From Octopus vulgaris (taxonomy: Eukaryota), in NCBI GenBank assembly GCA_951406725.2, contig OX597824.1, forward strand, positions 63,116,001-63,180,000: a stretch of DNA of 64,000 bases. The letters are read 5' to 3'. The notes under the pieces were generated by a model, which made no database searches, had not been told where the DNA came from, and saw only the letters and a program-made list of their open reading frames with translations. Shown here in pieces: positions 26,849 to 42,300 of the stretch (position 1 is its first letter; each line of letters starts with the position of its first letter). Both the position numbers and the translations under genes were made by a program.

Positions 26849-28166
26849 TGTATGTATGTATGTATGTATGTATGTATGTATGTATGTATGTATATTATAA
26901 TATATTATATTGTATTATATTGTATGAAGGCGTTCACAATTTTATCTATGGTATATCAGAATATCATATTTTGGCCTCTGAGCTTTGGCAAGAATATACG
27001 ATAGTGTAACACATCTGTTACAACTCCTTTTACAATTACTTGTTAATATTGTAACATTTCATTTGCCTACATTTCTTAGGATTGTAATGTAAAATGGCCT
27101 AAATTAATTAATATTGTATCATAAAGTAAAAAGTATTTTTGCAAACTAAATTTATGAAATATATTTACGAATACTAAGACGTGAGATAGCTTAAGTTTGC
27201 TAATATTGTAATATTTTCTCTTATTGCAACATAAGATTAATTACATTTACGAAAACTATAGTATAACAGATCTTACGTATACTAATACTGTAGTATAAAA
27301 TGACTTACACTTGCTAATATTTTAACATAAATATATTGCATTTATGAAAAGTATAATATAACAGTTATAACAGTGTAGAATATTTTATAATATAACATAA
27401 TATAACAGCGTAGAATATCTTCCATTTGTTGATATAGTTACAAAAGGTAGCATTGCTTAAATATACTCAGGTAACATTTGATGATAAGCACCTGTTTTGC
27501 AGTTTCAAAATACATAGCGTTAAATTCAAACAATCACACTTTTAATAGATTGAACACTTTTAAAATTACTATTTCTCTTACAGACCTGCAAAGTAATATC
27601 TTAATGTCAATGAATTATGTAGCGTCTTGTATTTAATTTTGGACTTCAAAAATACAACTCAGTAATGCCACAACTCATTTTCCCTCTACCAAGATTTAGG
27701 AAGAAATTTGATCTTTGTTACACATTGTGGAAAATAATCGTCACAGTTTCACTATTCTTGATAAACTTTCAACAGCAAATACAGAATGCACTGTTCCAGT
27801 CCAAGGTATTAATAAAATAAAATACCGGTTAAATATTAGTTACAGGCTGACATCCTTACCACTTGCCTAATATCACAAGTATCACATTATTCATGGTGAA
27901 AGATATGTGAGGATTTTCTATCGCACGATGTAAACTTTACTATATACCGAGAGGTAAATTACACCGGTAGGTTTTGAATTTAAGGTATGAAATTGGTATT
28001 TTATTATAGTTAGAGGTAGTTTTACTTGATGATTCTGATAGACGAATCCCTTTCTGATTATGAGTAATGTTGTGTCTGTGGTAGGAAAATATTATTCTAC
28101 GTTCTATACGGATAGTGTTCGTACTTTCTTCGTTTCTAGGCAGAAATCAGACAATATTGTGGAATA

Positions 28167-29399
28167 TTGTGTCATCCCATAAATTATGCGGTTTTTTCAA
28201 TTGCATGAACTAAAAAATTGGAGTGGGGACAGGACAAAATACCTGCATGAACGTTTTAGGTAGAATTTTATTTTATCTTTATTCTTAGTGCAAGTTTTGA
28301 AGAGTGTAGTTCGATTATAACAGTTATTTTTTTTCAAAGTTCTAATGGAAGTGACAAAGGGAGAGCATATTCGACATATTTTGCTTTATGAGTTCGATAA
28401 AGGCAATAACGCAACGGAAACTGCGAGGAAAATTAATGAGTTATATGGGGATCGTACAATAAGCGTAAGCAAGTGTCAACGACTGTTCCAGAAGACGAGC
28501 CACGTTCTGGAAGACCTGTAGAGCTCGACGAGTACATCCTGCAAACCTTGGTGAAACAAAATCCTATCGTAACTCTTGAGGAGCTAACAGAGAAGCTTGG
28601 ATTGGGTCATTCAACCATTCATCGACACTTGCGCGCCATCGAAAATGTCAGCAAATTGGGTCAATAAGTTCCTCATAAACTCTCCGTGTCTAACTATCCA
28701 CAGAGAGTGAATGTGTGCTCTTCTTTGCTGTCATATCTCAGGACCAAACCGTATTTGGACGGAATAGTGACTGGCGACAAGAAATGGGGCCTCTATAAAA
28801 ATGAAATGTGCCGGTGTCAATGGTTAGGGAAAGAAGAACCACAGGAGTCCCAGGCTAAAGAAAGTCTTCACTCACATAAAGTGTGATTATCTGTTTGGTG
28901 TGATATGAAAGGTTTATCCACTTCGAAATTTTTATCCCAAACCAAACGTTTGCAAAGAAAATCTACTGCGAGCAGCTTGAGCGCTTTAAGTCAGCACTAG
29001 AAGAAAACGACCATATTTGGTTTCAAGACGAAAGGTGTTCTTCCATCAGGATAATTCTCGGCCACATACAGAGAGGATGACATTCCAAAGGCTGGAGCAA
29101 TTTGAATGGGAAACATATCGTCGGACATTTTCCCATCTGATTATAATTTATTCCGCAGTCCTCAAAAACATTTGGACTGAAAAATATGAATTCTGTAGAT
29201 GAGGCCAGATGGAGGAGTATTTTTTGTCACAGGAAAGTGAATTGTAGAAGAGGAGTCTTGCAAATCTACCGGATAGATGGAAGAACATTGTAGAAAATGA
29301 AGGGGAGTATATTTCAGATTAAAAAAGAACTTTGTTAGCTTAATTTTGAAGAGTAAAAGTAGTATAAAAACCGAATTATTTATGGGATGGATGACCCAA
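28167..29399 (+). mobile_element. Full-length decayed mariner (DD34D) transposon
   Basis: TA-flanked TIRs (ttgtgtcatcccataaattatgcggtttt / aaaaccgaattatttatgggatggatgacccaa). Motifs HIRHILLYEF, EPRSGRP, GQ*VPHKL, IVTGDKKW, FHQDNSRPH and SPSDYNLF. Confidence 0.93.
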
Positions 29400-30381
29400 T
29401 AGTTTATTGTAGATTCCTTTGCATGTTTGTTTCGATTAACGCCGAATGCATCATCTTTTCCCCGTCATCAGTACGTGGACTATACAAAGTACCAGTTACA
29501 CTTTGGTTTTATCTTTTCCATCTTGTTGGTTTCATCTCTGGTTTCAACTCAACTATATGACTTGTAACCATTTACTTGTCCGTATGAAATAGAAACAGAT
29601 TATTATGAATAAATTACTGTTGATACTTTCAGAGTTATGTGATATATGATATTATAAGCAGCACTTTGAGACAGGAAGGAAAAATAGGCTCACTGTAAGT
29701 AATGTATAAGAGAGAGGTGGTATTGGCAGGTAGATTCGGTTGCTCGGTAAATGATAGAACAGTATTGATTTCTTAGAACTGAGAAAGCTTTCAAAGACAT
29801 TCTTGAACAAGCGGATCGTCAGATCTTCAAGCTGAGCAATCATGTTTCGCAAAAGTTATTGATTCAGCTATATCGTTTACTCTTAACATCTCAGTTCAAT
29901 AAGGAGCTGAAAGAAATCTCTTTAAAAAAATCAGGTTATTTATTTTTGATCATATTAATGTTTACTAACATTGAGATCTATATAATAATTTCTTTCTTCA
30001 GATCAGCAATTCGGTCATTCGTGTATACGAATTATACAAACGATAGTGTAAATTAGTGAATTGATCAAATGAATTCTAAATGGTTTATAAACCAGAAGGC
30101 AGACAACAAATCCACTTTTATATTCTAGATGGCTTTATGTAATTTTATTATCTTATGCACATGCATACATTATTATGTGCAAAACGAACTACAAACAATA
30201 GAAGTCAATCACTCAAGGGATGCAATTGAATATATTAACGAGAAGTGTGAAAACTGCAACATATCATGTATCAAACAACCAATCAGTTATTTAATATTTC
30301 ATGAGTGCCGAATTATATTTAATGAGCAATAAATATACTATATATGTATATTCTATATGCATGCTTATACTTGTAAACATT

Positions 30382-30462
<81 letters not shown>

Positions 30463-30463
30463 A

Positions 30464-30512
<49 letters not shown>

Positions 30513-31009
30513 ATTTCAATTGACACAATAAAATATCAGTCATATTAACGTATTTACGAGCGTGTTTGTGAAGTGGGTGCGTGTAAGTGAATGTGTGTGT
30601 GTGTATTTGTGTGTGTGAGTGTGTTGGTGTCTGCTGTTCTGCATTTGGGTTTGCGAGAAATGTCAAGTAACTCTTGCTGAAATCCTAGAAATAATTCTAC
30701 ACATATGAAAATATCAGTCTTGGAAAACGGGCAGTCGATGAGTGCTCTGTATTTTCTCCCGACCAGCTACCAGTAGTAACCGAATTGCTCTCAAATTACA
30801 CCGCACCATGCATTTCTGAAGTATATAGCAGTCTGAAAAGTCAGATTGGTGATAGCTTGGATCATTTTAGTAATAGTTCTGCCCGACCAGAGTTGTTGAA
30901 AGGTGCCAAAATTATATCAAATCTATCAAAATTCATTTATTGATCTCTCTCTCTCTCTCTCTCTTTCTATATCCCTCCCATTCTCTCTCCTCCATCTCAC
31001 TCCCTCTCA

Positions 31010-31053
<44 letters not shown>

Positions 31054-33721
31054 TCTCTCTCTCTCCCTTTCTGCAGTCATAGCACTGAAAAATTATAGAA
31101 TCACTGAGCGTCACAATGCCAGATGAAATTATTTTAACGTCAAATGTTTTTCCTTTGGGAAATCGCATTCAACACCCAAGTGTCCACATCAAGAAAACTC
31201 ACTTAACTTAGCAAAATGCATTAAATTCGTTACTGAAGCGAAATTGCGATCAAAATTAGAAACCTAGTTCTGGAAAAAGAGTGCAATATGCATGTTGTTG
31301 CTGTTTAGCAACATTCCAGCCTCAGCATGATCAGAAGCATTCCAACCGTGGCCAGCCATTCCAACCATTTATGATCAAAAACATTTCAGCCGTGACTATC
31401 AGGTTCATTTTACAGATATATCTAGCACCATGTAGCCTATATGTCCTTCATTCTTTCTTTAAGACTGTGCGGTTTAACTTTAGACCGCATTGACTCCTAT
31501 TTTTAGAAAGTTGTATGGAATCCCAGTTGTTCTGCGTTCGATCTTTGTGAATAGAAATGATATAGAACTTGAGTCGCCGTTTGATTACTCTTCAGTCTCC
31601 AGTATTCGTTTGACAAGCCAAAGAGAAATTACATGTTTTATTAAAGTGGATGTTATAACCATTGTTCATATTTGAAAACTATTGTCGGTTGATATGAAAT
31701 AATCTGTAGTAAATTTATAGCAGAGCTGAAATCGGAACCACGTAGGATCTGGTGTTGAAACACTGATAATCCTTTGACTAAAGCGAGATATAATTATAAA
31801 GTTCTGAAGATTCTAAAGTAAGCGGAATAGCTTCAAAGAAGTATGGAAATCTTATCAATGAAAGCATCTCCATTAAGAGTAAAAAGTAATAAACGTGAAA
31901 TATCATTCTTACCCTCTAAGGCAATTTCAGGAAAATTTTAATTTAAATTATGATGACGTAGAAAATCATGAAGTATGTAACCCATGAATTATAATATATA
32001 CATGTATATATATATATAATCATCAAGGAAACTATTTAATTTGGTATATGGAAAGGAAATATTTAGGCTGCAATATCAATTATTGTGATATGGAGAAGTT
32101 GGAAGCTTCTGAATAATAAACTGACATTCAACCAAAGGGAATGTGTGTAGATCTTTATTATTCGTATTACAGGCTATCAGTGAATACATGAATTTAATGT
32201 AAAGAGTGTCTATTAATATATTGCCATATCGCTGATGGAATCTCAACAATAGAAGCATTAAACACAAAGTATAGAATAACTGGTCATCGAAGACTGATAT
32301 AATCTGTATGCTTGTATGTATGGTTGTTTGACTGTATATTTGCGTATAAGTATGGTTGTTTGTGTGTATGTATACACCAGAACTTTAAAATTGAGATCTG
32401 ATTCTCAGTGCGATGTGGGAGAACTCGGAATCAGGGTCTTCGTAGCTTTAAAACAGGACCACGAGTAAATTACTCTGATATGAAATGTGCAGTCACTCAA
32501 TTTTTAAGAAATAGCAATGAAAGCACTCTTCAATCAAACTCTTCCGTCTCAAACAAAGGTATATACACAAAGTCTAAAAGTGATGCTAGCTATATCTCTA
32601 AAAAGACGTGATGATCATGGCTAGAAAGCCTGATTGATGTACAATATATTCAGTGAACACCGACATGAGAATAAATAGCAAAATCAAGAACAGCAATATT
32701 CGCGTTGCACTTTCTTTCGGGCTACTATATCTCGGACAAATTTTATTCAAATAATGGCTTCCATATAGGTGCGAATCTTATGACATTTGCTGACGTCAAT
32801 AATCATGCGAAATATAATTAATCAACATATCGATTTTCTTTTCCTTTTTTCTATTTTTTTTTGTTGTTGGATGATCTCAGAATGATAAATAATATTTCAT
32901 TAATGGAGAGGGTGAATCTCCAGTTTCACCGTTTTAATTTCTGAGAAAACAGTGAATATGTACTTAAAGAATAATTTCAGATATGGCTGCTATAACAACA
33001 CTCAGGAATAGATCTAAAATTACAGTATGCAAAAGTATAGAATTGTTTTTTTGTATTTTGCTTTTTGTTTTTTCAAATAGAGACTGTAGCAATTTTCTTT
33101 TTTTCCAATTTATTTTTCTTATATTTCATTTTCAAAAGTCATTGAATCCTGTCCTTGAACTAAAACACCTTACTTAACAAAAGTTGAAATAAGTGCAATG
33201 ATATTACCAGAATTAAATTTCAGCCTAATGATTAATACTAATAAACGATGAGAAAACTCACGAGAAAACAAGCTAGAAAAATAATTTTGAAAACCAAGCA
33301 AAAATAAAACACAAGTAATATTTTGCGTTTGCACTTCTGTATCACATTTCGATATTTGATTATCAACAGGACACAATGCTCTAATACATAAGACTATAGA
33401 GCGCAGTATTGCAATAGTTGTATATGAATAGTGTTAAATTAACCAATTAACCTGATGCATTTGTTACATTACATTACAATCAATGAAATTGCCAAGTTGG
33501 CATTGCAATGGATGAGAGCTTATGTATTAATTAAAGTTAAGCAAAAGAAATTATATGAACTCGCACTATAAGAACATGATGTAGGTCACAGCGAGAACAA
33601 TAATCACGAATATAGAAATGTCCAATAATCACACATTCACATGCATTCTTCCTTTGAAATGGCAATTATTCAATGATGCTTATCAAACTTAGGTCATAAT
33701 CGTGATACACTCTCTTATAAT

Positions 33722-34080
33722 TTCTTCTTCTTCTTCTTCTTCTTCTTCTTCTTCTTCTTCTTCTTCTTCTTCTTCTTCTTCTTCTTCTTCTTTTCCTCCT
33801 CCTTCTTCTTCTTCTACTGCTGCTGCTGCTAGCTCAAACGTTGACGCAGTCTTTGATACTCATTATCAAAATCCTTGAAAAACGCTTCTTCTCAGCAAAT
33901 CACCTCCTCTGGAACGTTTCCTCATCAACTCTTTCGTTCGTCTGAAAATATCTATCTTCAATAGAAGGATATCACATAGCTTTATCACCAAGCTTGCTAA
34001 AGTACATTTATGTTTAGGTCTTTATTTCCATCTCGGCCATCAGTAAGCAGACTTACGATGAGAGCTTATACAATCTTCAA
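33722..34080 (-). mobile_element. Possible RTE-like 3' remnant ending in a (GAA)n tract
   Basis: A (TTC)n tract at 33722-33790 is followed by heavily decayed LINE-like sequence; the evidence is weak. Confidence 0.3.
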
Positions 34081-34254
34081 CATCATATACATTTATATAT
34101 TAATAACTCACTTTCCTTGTTTGAAACAATATGGATTGGTCTGAATAAATTTTAATACTGTTTATAGGAAATGAACTGACCACGTACGCAGATGTTCCAT
34201 GAATGACTCGCTTATACAATCCTTGTAAGTAAATAAATAGTATATACTCTTAGT

Positions 34255-34570
34255 GACGACCACCACGTGACCACGTGACCGACTAGGCTATCAGATGTCG
34301 CTACACATCGCTGTTCACAATGCGCTTCGTATTGTTTTAGTGTTCAAATGACGCCACCCCGCTGGCTAAGCGAACAGGCTAACAGAAGAAAGAGTGAGAG
34401 AAAGTTGTGGCGAAAGAGTACATCAGGGATCGCCACCACCCCCTGCCGAAGCCTCGTGGAGCTTTAGGTGTTTTCGCTCAATAAACACTCACAACGTCCG
34501 GTCTGGGAATCGAAACCGCGATCCTACGACCCCGAGTCCGCTGCCCTAACCACTGGGTCATTGCACCTTC
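34255..34570 (-). mobile_element. tRNA-derived SINE, full length
   Basis: Head gcaatgacccagtggttagggcagcggactc...ggtttcgattccc (A and B boxes) and tail ggtcacgtggtcacgtggt. Confidence 0.88.
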
Positions 34571-35921
34571 ATATACTCTAAGTATAATCCAAAATTTCTT
34601 GATGGATGGAAATTCAGTATTCATAAAGTTATCTATGAACCAAGAATTGAGATTTATATGATGCTTTATAGATGCCAGATATTGAATCATACAGATCTTT
34701 TCTACAAAATAAGTATGAACTATTTTCGAAATTCAAATGTTTATCCTTTCGTAAACCACTTATGTTAGTATTTTCATTTTTGCATTTCTATTTATGCAAA
34801 GTGGATTGCAACCCTTGAAATATGATGTCACCAGAACTAAAATAATTTCCAACATCACAAAACCTCACTGTGGGTGAAATAAAAACGTAAGTATATTCAT
34901 TCTAAGCTACTAGTGTACGGTAGAAAGGGTGGGAGTCGCGTGAGGAACAATTTCATGGCCCGCTGGCCACTGCTTTGATGAGACACACCGAGCTTTCTTC
35001 TCTAAACGATGACCTATATCCGCCACTGTGTAATGCAGCAGTAAATTATGCTAGCATATTTGTGGTTAACCTAATTAGGAGATAGCGTAATTGCATGTCT
35101 ATGATTTTGACAGATTGCGGTTAGTTATATGATATTTATTTTATGCATAACACCGCGTAGATTCTTCTGATTTACGAGATCCTGTGCATAAAAGAGATAT
35201 TAATATTTCAATGTTGTTATTTTTCACCGTCGTAAACCAGATCGTATTTCCTAACATTCTCTTTTAAATTAAGTAATTATGTGTTCATTCGCAGTTGAGT
35301 TTTCAATGTATTAGTATTTGTACATTGTTGTATATACGGACTCCGAAATGTCGAAAATTTTATCATTTGGGAGGATATATTGCAATTAGTTGAGAGTACA
35401 CACTGGGGCTTAATTTTCTTGATGAAGATTGTATGTAATATTTGAGGAGAAGAACAAAAGTGACAAACACATTCAGTAATGAGAATAAATGTTTAGAATT
35501 GTCAAAAGAATAATCACAGAAATATGTTGTGGAAAATATCTTACGTATGATAAAATACAATGCGCTCCACGTCGGTCACGCAAAATTTACTGCGGGATAG
35601 TGTCCGGAGAAGGTTACCAAACGACACCGGATGTTATAGAACACTTGATTGTTATGCAACAGGAGAGACAACTCGCCTTGAAAACACCGAGAATGATAGA
35701 TACCGAGGTGTCGTCATTATTGTGATTTATACATATTGTGTATTCGGATCAAGAGTTCATTAACATTCGGCGTAGTTTGAGATTATACCCCGGACGCTCT
35801 CCCGAAGGAAATGTTGCGTATAAACAAAAGATATACACTATGTTCGACCGATAATGTTTACATAACTAGAGCTGCTTTTAATTCACACTTTAATGTATAT
35901 ATGTGCGTGTGTGTGTGTCTG

Positions 35922-35954
<33 letters not shown>

Positions 35955-35959
35955 GTATG

Positions 35960-36005
<46 letters not shown>

Positions 36006-36809
36006 TGTATGTATATATGCATACTTATATATGTATATTACGTAGGCAGTAACATTTTAAGCTGCGATGTTACAACCTTATCTGAATATTCACGTGTTTT
36101 AATTCTTTGTATGTACATACATTTAGATGACTGCTGATATTTGTCAATTGTCTCTCCCATTGTTTTGTTGCGCCATGTTCTATCATTAACAAAGCTCTCG
36201 GCATTTTCGGCGGCACAAGTATGCTAGTATGGAATAATATACGAAACGATGATAATATCTTGTAGTCGTCGTGAAGTTATAATTTGATTACGTGAATGCC
36301 ATTTTTCTTAAACATATTACAAAATAATCCTGCAAAACAGCCTCCTCTCTTGAAGCATAAGATAACCAATCGTTCATTGTGCTGTCCTCCTCACCATGCA
36401 ACAAATTTCGTTCGTTCCGCCTACAGACATCATTGAAATATAATATTCAATCTAAATATCTTGCAGCCAAGAAGTTAAATTGTTGTCTGCCGAAGTAATT
36501 AATTATTTATTCTGCTGATTTTCTACAAATAATTTAGAACCTTCGTGAGAATCGATGTTAGTTTATCCTACGTCTAGTAAATGCTATTGATATCCAATAG
36601 GAAAACACTGCAGTACAACTTTGAAGATTTCATTTTTAAAATAATACCTTGCAGACAGCTTGCATTGCAAACGAATACCTCAATAAGTATACCAAAAAAA
36701 ATTCGGTTTCACCAATTTGCAACAGTAGCAGACCCTGTGGCGGTAACGGATACTCGAAACTGTAACATGCTATTTCTTCCTTTATCGATCCAGTAATTAT
36801 AAAAGTGGG

Positions 36810-37800
36810 ATGCAACTAATTGGTTTTCCGGAATGTTTTGAGCATGTTTTAATATGCAAAAATGGATATAAATAATTGACTTTTCGGAAACTTTTATTCA
36901 ATGAAATAATTTTAACTATCATTAATGACCTTAATGACCACTGTCCATCTATCAGGCATTTTAAATATTCTATCACATAACATTTGACTAGTTTTGAAGA
37001 AAGAAGTTATCTCGATGCGTCTTGGTTCCATCTAAATCGTTAAATGTTTTCCCTTTCAATGAATTCTGTTGACACAAAAACAAGTGGTAGTCAAACGGTG
37101 TACTATCAGAATATGGTGAATGGATTAAGAGATCCCTGCCAAGTTCATGTAACTTTATTCGGATAGTCAAAGATACATGTGGTCGGGCATTGTCTTGTTG
37201 GAATACTACTCATTTCCTGATGGCAATCTGCGGCCTCAATTCTTTTGGCTCCAATTAGCCAGCTGACGACAGTACGCATCAGAATTAATGGTCTGGTTAT
37301 GTGGGAGAAGCTCATAATAAGTAATGCCTTTATGATCCTATCAAACACAAAGCATAGCTGTTTTGGCATGAATATTCGATAATGGTTGCTATTTTCGGGG
37401 AACCTTACACAAATTCTAGGATATATTTCGCACTACGTTTTCGCACACAATCCAACTTTCATTTCCAATCACAAGTTGCTTCAAAAACGGCATGCTTTCA
37501 TTCCGTTTCAAAAGGTTATCAAAAACGGAATACCGGTCCAAGTAATTCTTTCCTGAGAGTTTGTGAGAAGCCCATACATTATAGCGAGAAATGTATCCTA
37601 GTTTCACTAGGTGTTCATAAGCCATACTTTTAGAAACGGCCAGCTTTTCTGCAAGTTCTCTAGTTGTGATATTTTACTTTTCTTTGATATTTGCCTTCAA
37701 AACATTTCTCACAATTTTGAAGGTCTTCCATCGCAACTGTCATCTTCATAGCTAAACTCTGCAGTTTTAAATCTTGCAAACCACCTTCAAACAGTTGATT
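36810..37800 (-). mobile_element. Decayed mariner transposon
   Basis: RYNVWASHKLS, LVIGNESWI, QQDNARPHVS and LLIHSPYSD..PFDYHLF on the minus strand. Confidence 0.85.
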
Positions 37801-37820
37801 CATCTATTATTAGTAGTATG

Positions 37821-37935
<115 letters not shown>

Positions 37936-37982
37936 ATGTTATTGTTGTTGTTTACTTTTTTTAACTTGCATGCTTATTACAG

Positions 37983-38758
37983 TCACTTGCTAAGACACCC
38001 CCAGCGTCCTAGGGCGAGTGAAGGATAAGAGATGTTACAGTATGACTGAAAGTTTGGCGAGGAGAAGTGACAGGGGCAGTAGCGAAATATCTTTAAGTAA
38101 TACAACACAGACATTTAAATTGATAGGTTTTTTCTAAGGATGTGCGCAGTACTTGTCAGCACAATTTTTTGGATTTCTGTGAGACATGGTTCTCCTAGAT
38201 GCTAACTACATGTTTCTGACATCCCTTTTTTACGTACCTAGGGCACCTAAAATAACAGGAACAGTCCTTGCTTTAAGATGCTACGTCTTTTGTATTTCCA
38301 TGTTCAGGTCTTTATCACTTGCCGAGACTCACCGAGAGTCCTAGAGCGAGTGAAGAATAAGAGATGGGGAGAGGAAGTGACAAGGACAGTAGCGAAAGTT
38401 CTTTATATAATACAACAGATATTTTAAAGGATAGTGTTTTTTCTAAGGATGTGGACAGTACTTATCAGCACAATCTTTTAGATATCTCTGAGATATGGTT
38501 CTCCTGAGATATTATCTAGATGTTTCTGACATTCCTTTTCTATAATACGTAGCGCATCCACAATAACAGAAACAGTTCTCTCTTTAAGATGCCGCATCTC
38601 TTGTATTTCTATTTCCAGGTCCTTATATTTACTTAATTTGTCAAATTCCTTTACAGATGTATATTCTTATCAGTGTGAAGTATTTTCTTCCCTGTCTTTA
38701 CCGATTGTCTGGTCGATTAACTAGGATCATCCTGCTGGTGTTACAATAACAACCACAT
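37983..38758 (-). mobile_element. Two tandem 3' ends of an R4/Dong-type retrotransposon
   Basis: Units 37983-38314 and 38315-38758. The second reads NRPD...KEFDKLSKYKDLEIEIQEM...KIVLISTVHILRK. Flanked by (TTA)n/(TAA)n tracts. Confidence 0.85.
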
Positions 38759-38759
38759 T

Positions 38760-38899
<140 letters not shown>

Positions 38900-39665
38900 C
38901 CAAATATATGGCACAGAACCTGTTGTCTCTTGAGGTCTCTGGGTGAGACTTGGAGCCAACTTGTACAGACATAAAACAAAAGTCAAACATAGAATAATAA
39001 TAATAATAATAATATTTTTACTATTATTATTGTCGTTGTTTCTATTATTATCATTATTATCATTGTTGCTGTTGTTGTTGGCGTTGTTGTTGTTATCATT
39101 ATTATTTTAATCCCGTAATACCTAGTATTTTCAAATCAATTGACAATGCTTCTTAAAGAAGACGCCTTTCTGTCTGAATGCAAAATCAATACTGTTCTCG
39201 GATGAACTTAGAAAAGCAAAGCAGATATATATTATTGAAAAATCAAATCTCTGGTCATCGAGATCAACTTTATAACATTTAAACTTAGTATAGCCATCAT
39301 GACCGCCAAAACTCTATCAATGGGGAAAAAGATATTCACCCAAATATATATATATATACATACAAATTTGGAAAAAGTTTGTAAATGAAGCATTCAACGG
39401 ATTGCTTATAAAAATAAGACTATCAAATGTTTGATACTAAAATTACATATTATTTGTAATTTTCATTGTCAATTGATTTACACCCTCACATTTTTAGTAA
39501 AACGAACTTGATATTTGAGATCAATGTGCGTTCAATCAAACTCGCTGAACAATTCAACCTTTCTAAAACACTTCTTTTTCTTTTCTTGTTTCTTTATTTT
39601 TACATAACTCTCAATTTCTCCTTCCCCCACTCTCCCTTTGCCTCTTCCTCCTCTCCCTTTCTCAA

Positions 39666-39698
<33 letters not shown>

Positions 39699-41599
39699 CA
39701 TTACTATATGTGTCGCTCTTATCTGTCTTGATATGTTTCACACTTTGTTCCTTTTTCTAACTTTTCGTAGTGGAGAGAATCCATGCGACGTAAGATCATG
39801 GAATATGTACTAGATGGAAGAAATCCAATGCTAAATAATTTATTTCACTTTGCGTAATATAATTCTGATGCAAAATTCCTATTACCTATTCTAATCAAAT
39901 CTAGGAAATTACCGTAACTCACTTGAAGTGTCTATGATGGAAAGCAGTGTTGAATCGTTAAGATAACCGACAACCAATTTACCACGGAATAAAAGCAAAC
40001 AGCCCCGTCATTACGAAACTGTTAATTGCAGCACTAAATGGCGAAATGTGAGTCATGCTGGTGGAAAATTGAGAAGGTCCATTAAACAAACGTACTGTCT
40101 TATTGATCCCATTACCATTCTTAAAGATTTGTTCAGGTGCGGTTTCACATAATGCAGTATATAAGGGTCGATACCGATTTAAATCAAAACTTTTGTTTAT
40201 AGGCAGCATTGATAATGTTTATAGGCAGCATTGAGAATAGAAGCTTCTCATATTTTGCACGTTACTATCACTTTTATAACGTTGATAATAGGAGCCTATC
40301 CTGTAATGAAATTACGTTCTCTCATGTGTATATTTAATATCTAAATTGTCCGATTTATTGCAGTCATATGCCTGATTCGTTAGAATTCTTATGACTTTGG
40401 AAGCAAATATATTATCATGCGCAAAAACAATTCACTGTATGTATGAAAAGCCAGTATCGAGAGTCTCCAAAATGTCTCTACTGCAGTGAGTAGAGGAAAT
40501 AACAAAATAATTGTATTTAGTCTTATTACTTTGTGTTAATTTGGTTAAGAAATTGTGGTATTTACATTACTCCAGTATATGATATATTAAGACTAGATTT
40601 ATAATGTCGATAAAAGACATATGAATCACAGTGAGACAAGTTAGGTCGGTGGAAAACCATTAAAATTATACTGCTATCATGATAACCTGAACAGAAAAAT
40701 CAGTCTGAATACTGCACTTCGCAGATTTGAACTTTCCAAAGCAATGTAAGCATTCGACATGGTCCTTCATTACATAAATGTTTAGACTACAACGTAATCT
40801 GAACCACCGAGAATTATGTGTTTTTTACAACGAAGAGCACTTATCACCAATGTTAGGATAGAAGGTGTCAACAATTTGGTTGTCGTTTACATAATGTTTG
40901 GAGTGAAATGTTCCTAGAACTTTTATATAGTAGACATTGATAAAAAAGTGTGATTAATAAAGACTTCAAGTGTTTTATTAATAGCTTTACGTATGTAATG
41001 GACAACATCTATTTCTAAAAATACATTTTTATAAATCATAAGAGTATAACTACATTTTTACAACTTCTACTTTTTCATCTTCTGTTCCTTAATCAGCGAA
41101 CATCAAACGTTATCATAAAACTTATATTTAAACATGTTAAAGAAATAAATCAACAAATACAGTAAAGGCGTTTTCGGGGATTTTTTTTTTTCTGTTTTTT
41201 TTAGCAGTTGTTGATTCCACTTAACTTATGCGAGAAATAATTAATTTCCTGTATTTCATTTTGATGTTAGACAGTTATTTTCAGCACACATATCTTGATA
41301 GTAAATACGGGTCTTTAATATATCTCCATCTTTATTTAGCGACAACTACTAACACCATGCTAGACCATCCTCTTCAAGATAGTAGTATGTTATAATATGT
41401 GGTATATGTTGTTATAACTTGACATAAATGCATCATTTATGAATACCATATATTTGATATAAAGGACACTTACTTCCTATATGAAAGCATATGGCGAAAG
41501 TTTCATTACGAGAATTGTGAGTAAAAATACAATTTAAAATACGGTGTTAGTGGGGAGTACAAATATCTGGATTACAAATATAATGAACGATTTTTTTTA

Positions 41600-42300
41600 T
41601 AAGATCTATACAACATATTTTTCTTTTAAAGATGCGTAAACTATTGAAAGCCTTCTATACTTCGGTATTCATCCAGCCTGTTGGCTAAATTCGACATGAC
41701 TGACCTTACAATTACTGTTTAACTATATCAGCTGGCAGTAGAGGTTTGCTTGGCATGTACTAGCATGAATATTTGATACTGATGACGACCACAAATTAAT
41801 TAAGTCTTCTTCCATTCGTGTTAAATGTTACTGTAACCTATCATCTGTTTTGGCATCTAGATTCCATAGATTTCAAAAATTATTTTTCCTATTGTAATTT
41901 TTATCAATCTCTCGAATGATAGAAACGGAAAAACAATGTACAAAATGCTTTCTGGTTGATATTTCCAGATCTTGCTGGAAATATCATATAAGTTTCTTGA
42001 CTTTCCTTTTATCTCTTTTAGTTCGATAACATAGCCATAAATTCCCCGATGATTTCAATGGTGTATATTCTTCATCTAAAATTGGTTGTTATGTTCCTAT
42101 GTTACGAACCTTTGTTATTTTCATGTGAAGGGGAAATTCCAAATGTTTCGAGGTCATAGACATATATAGTAGAGAAACCATATCGTTATTATCGACACCA
42201 GGCAATTAGGATATAAATTCCAACCAGATGGAGCGCTATTATAGTGAAATATATCTATTGAGCAATATGTGTATTAAATATGTCTCCATGGAAATTTCCC
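41600..42300 (-). mobile_element. Possible piggyBac transposase remnant
   Basis: Minus strand about 41740-41790 gives CGR...*YMPSKP (compare the piggyBac motif FKGR...QYMPSKP); the rest is highly decayed. Confidence 0.4.

Noticed and set aside
34490-34570. tRNA gene
   Set aside because: The tRNA-like head continues into a SINE body and lacks a proper acceptor stem; the same applies to the other SINE heads.
34802-34886. Candidate coding exon (aag/...aac/gtaagt)
   Set aside because: Stop codons in all three frames.
39979-40209. 76-aa minus-strand ORF as a host exon
   Set aside because: No recognisable domain or convincing splice acceptor, and the start lies in a small tandem duplication.
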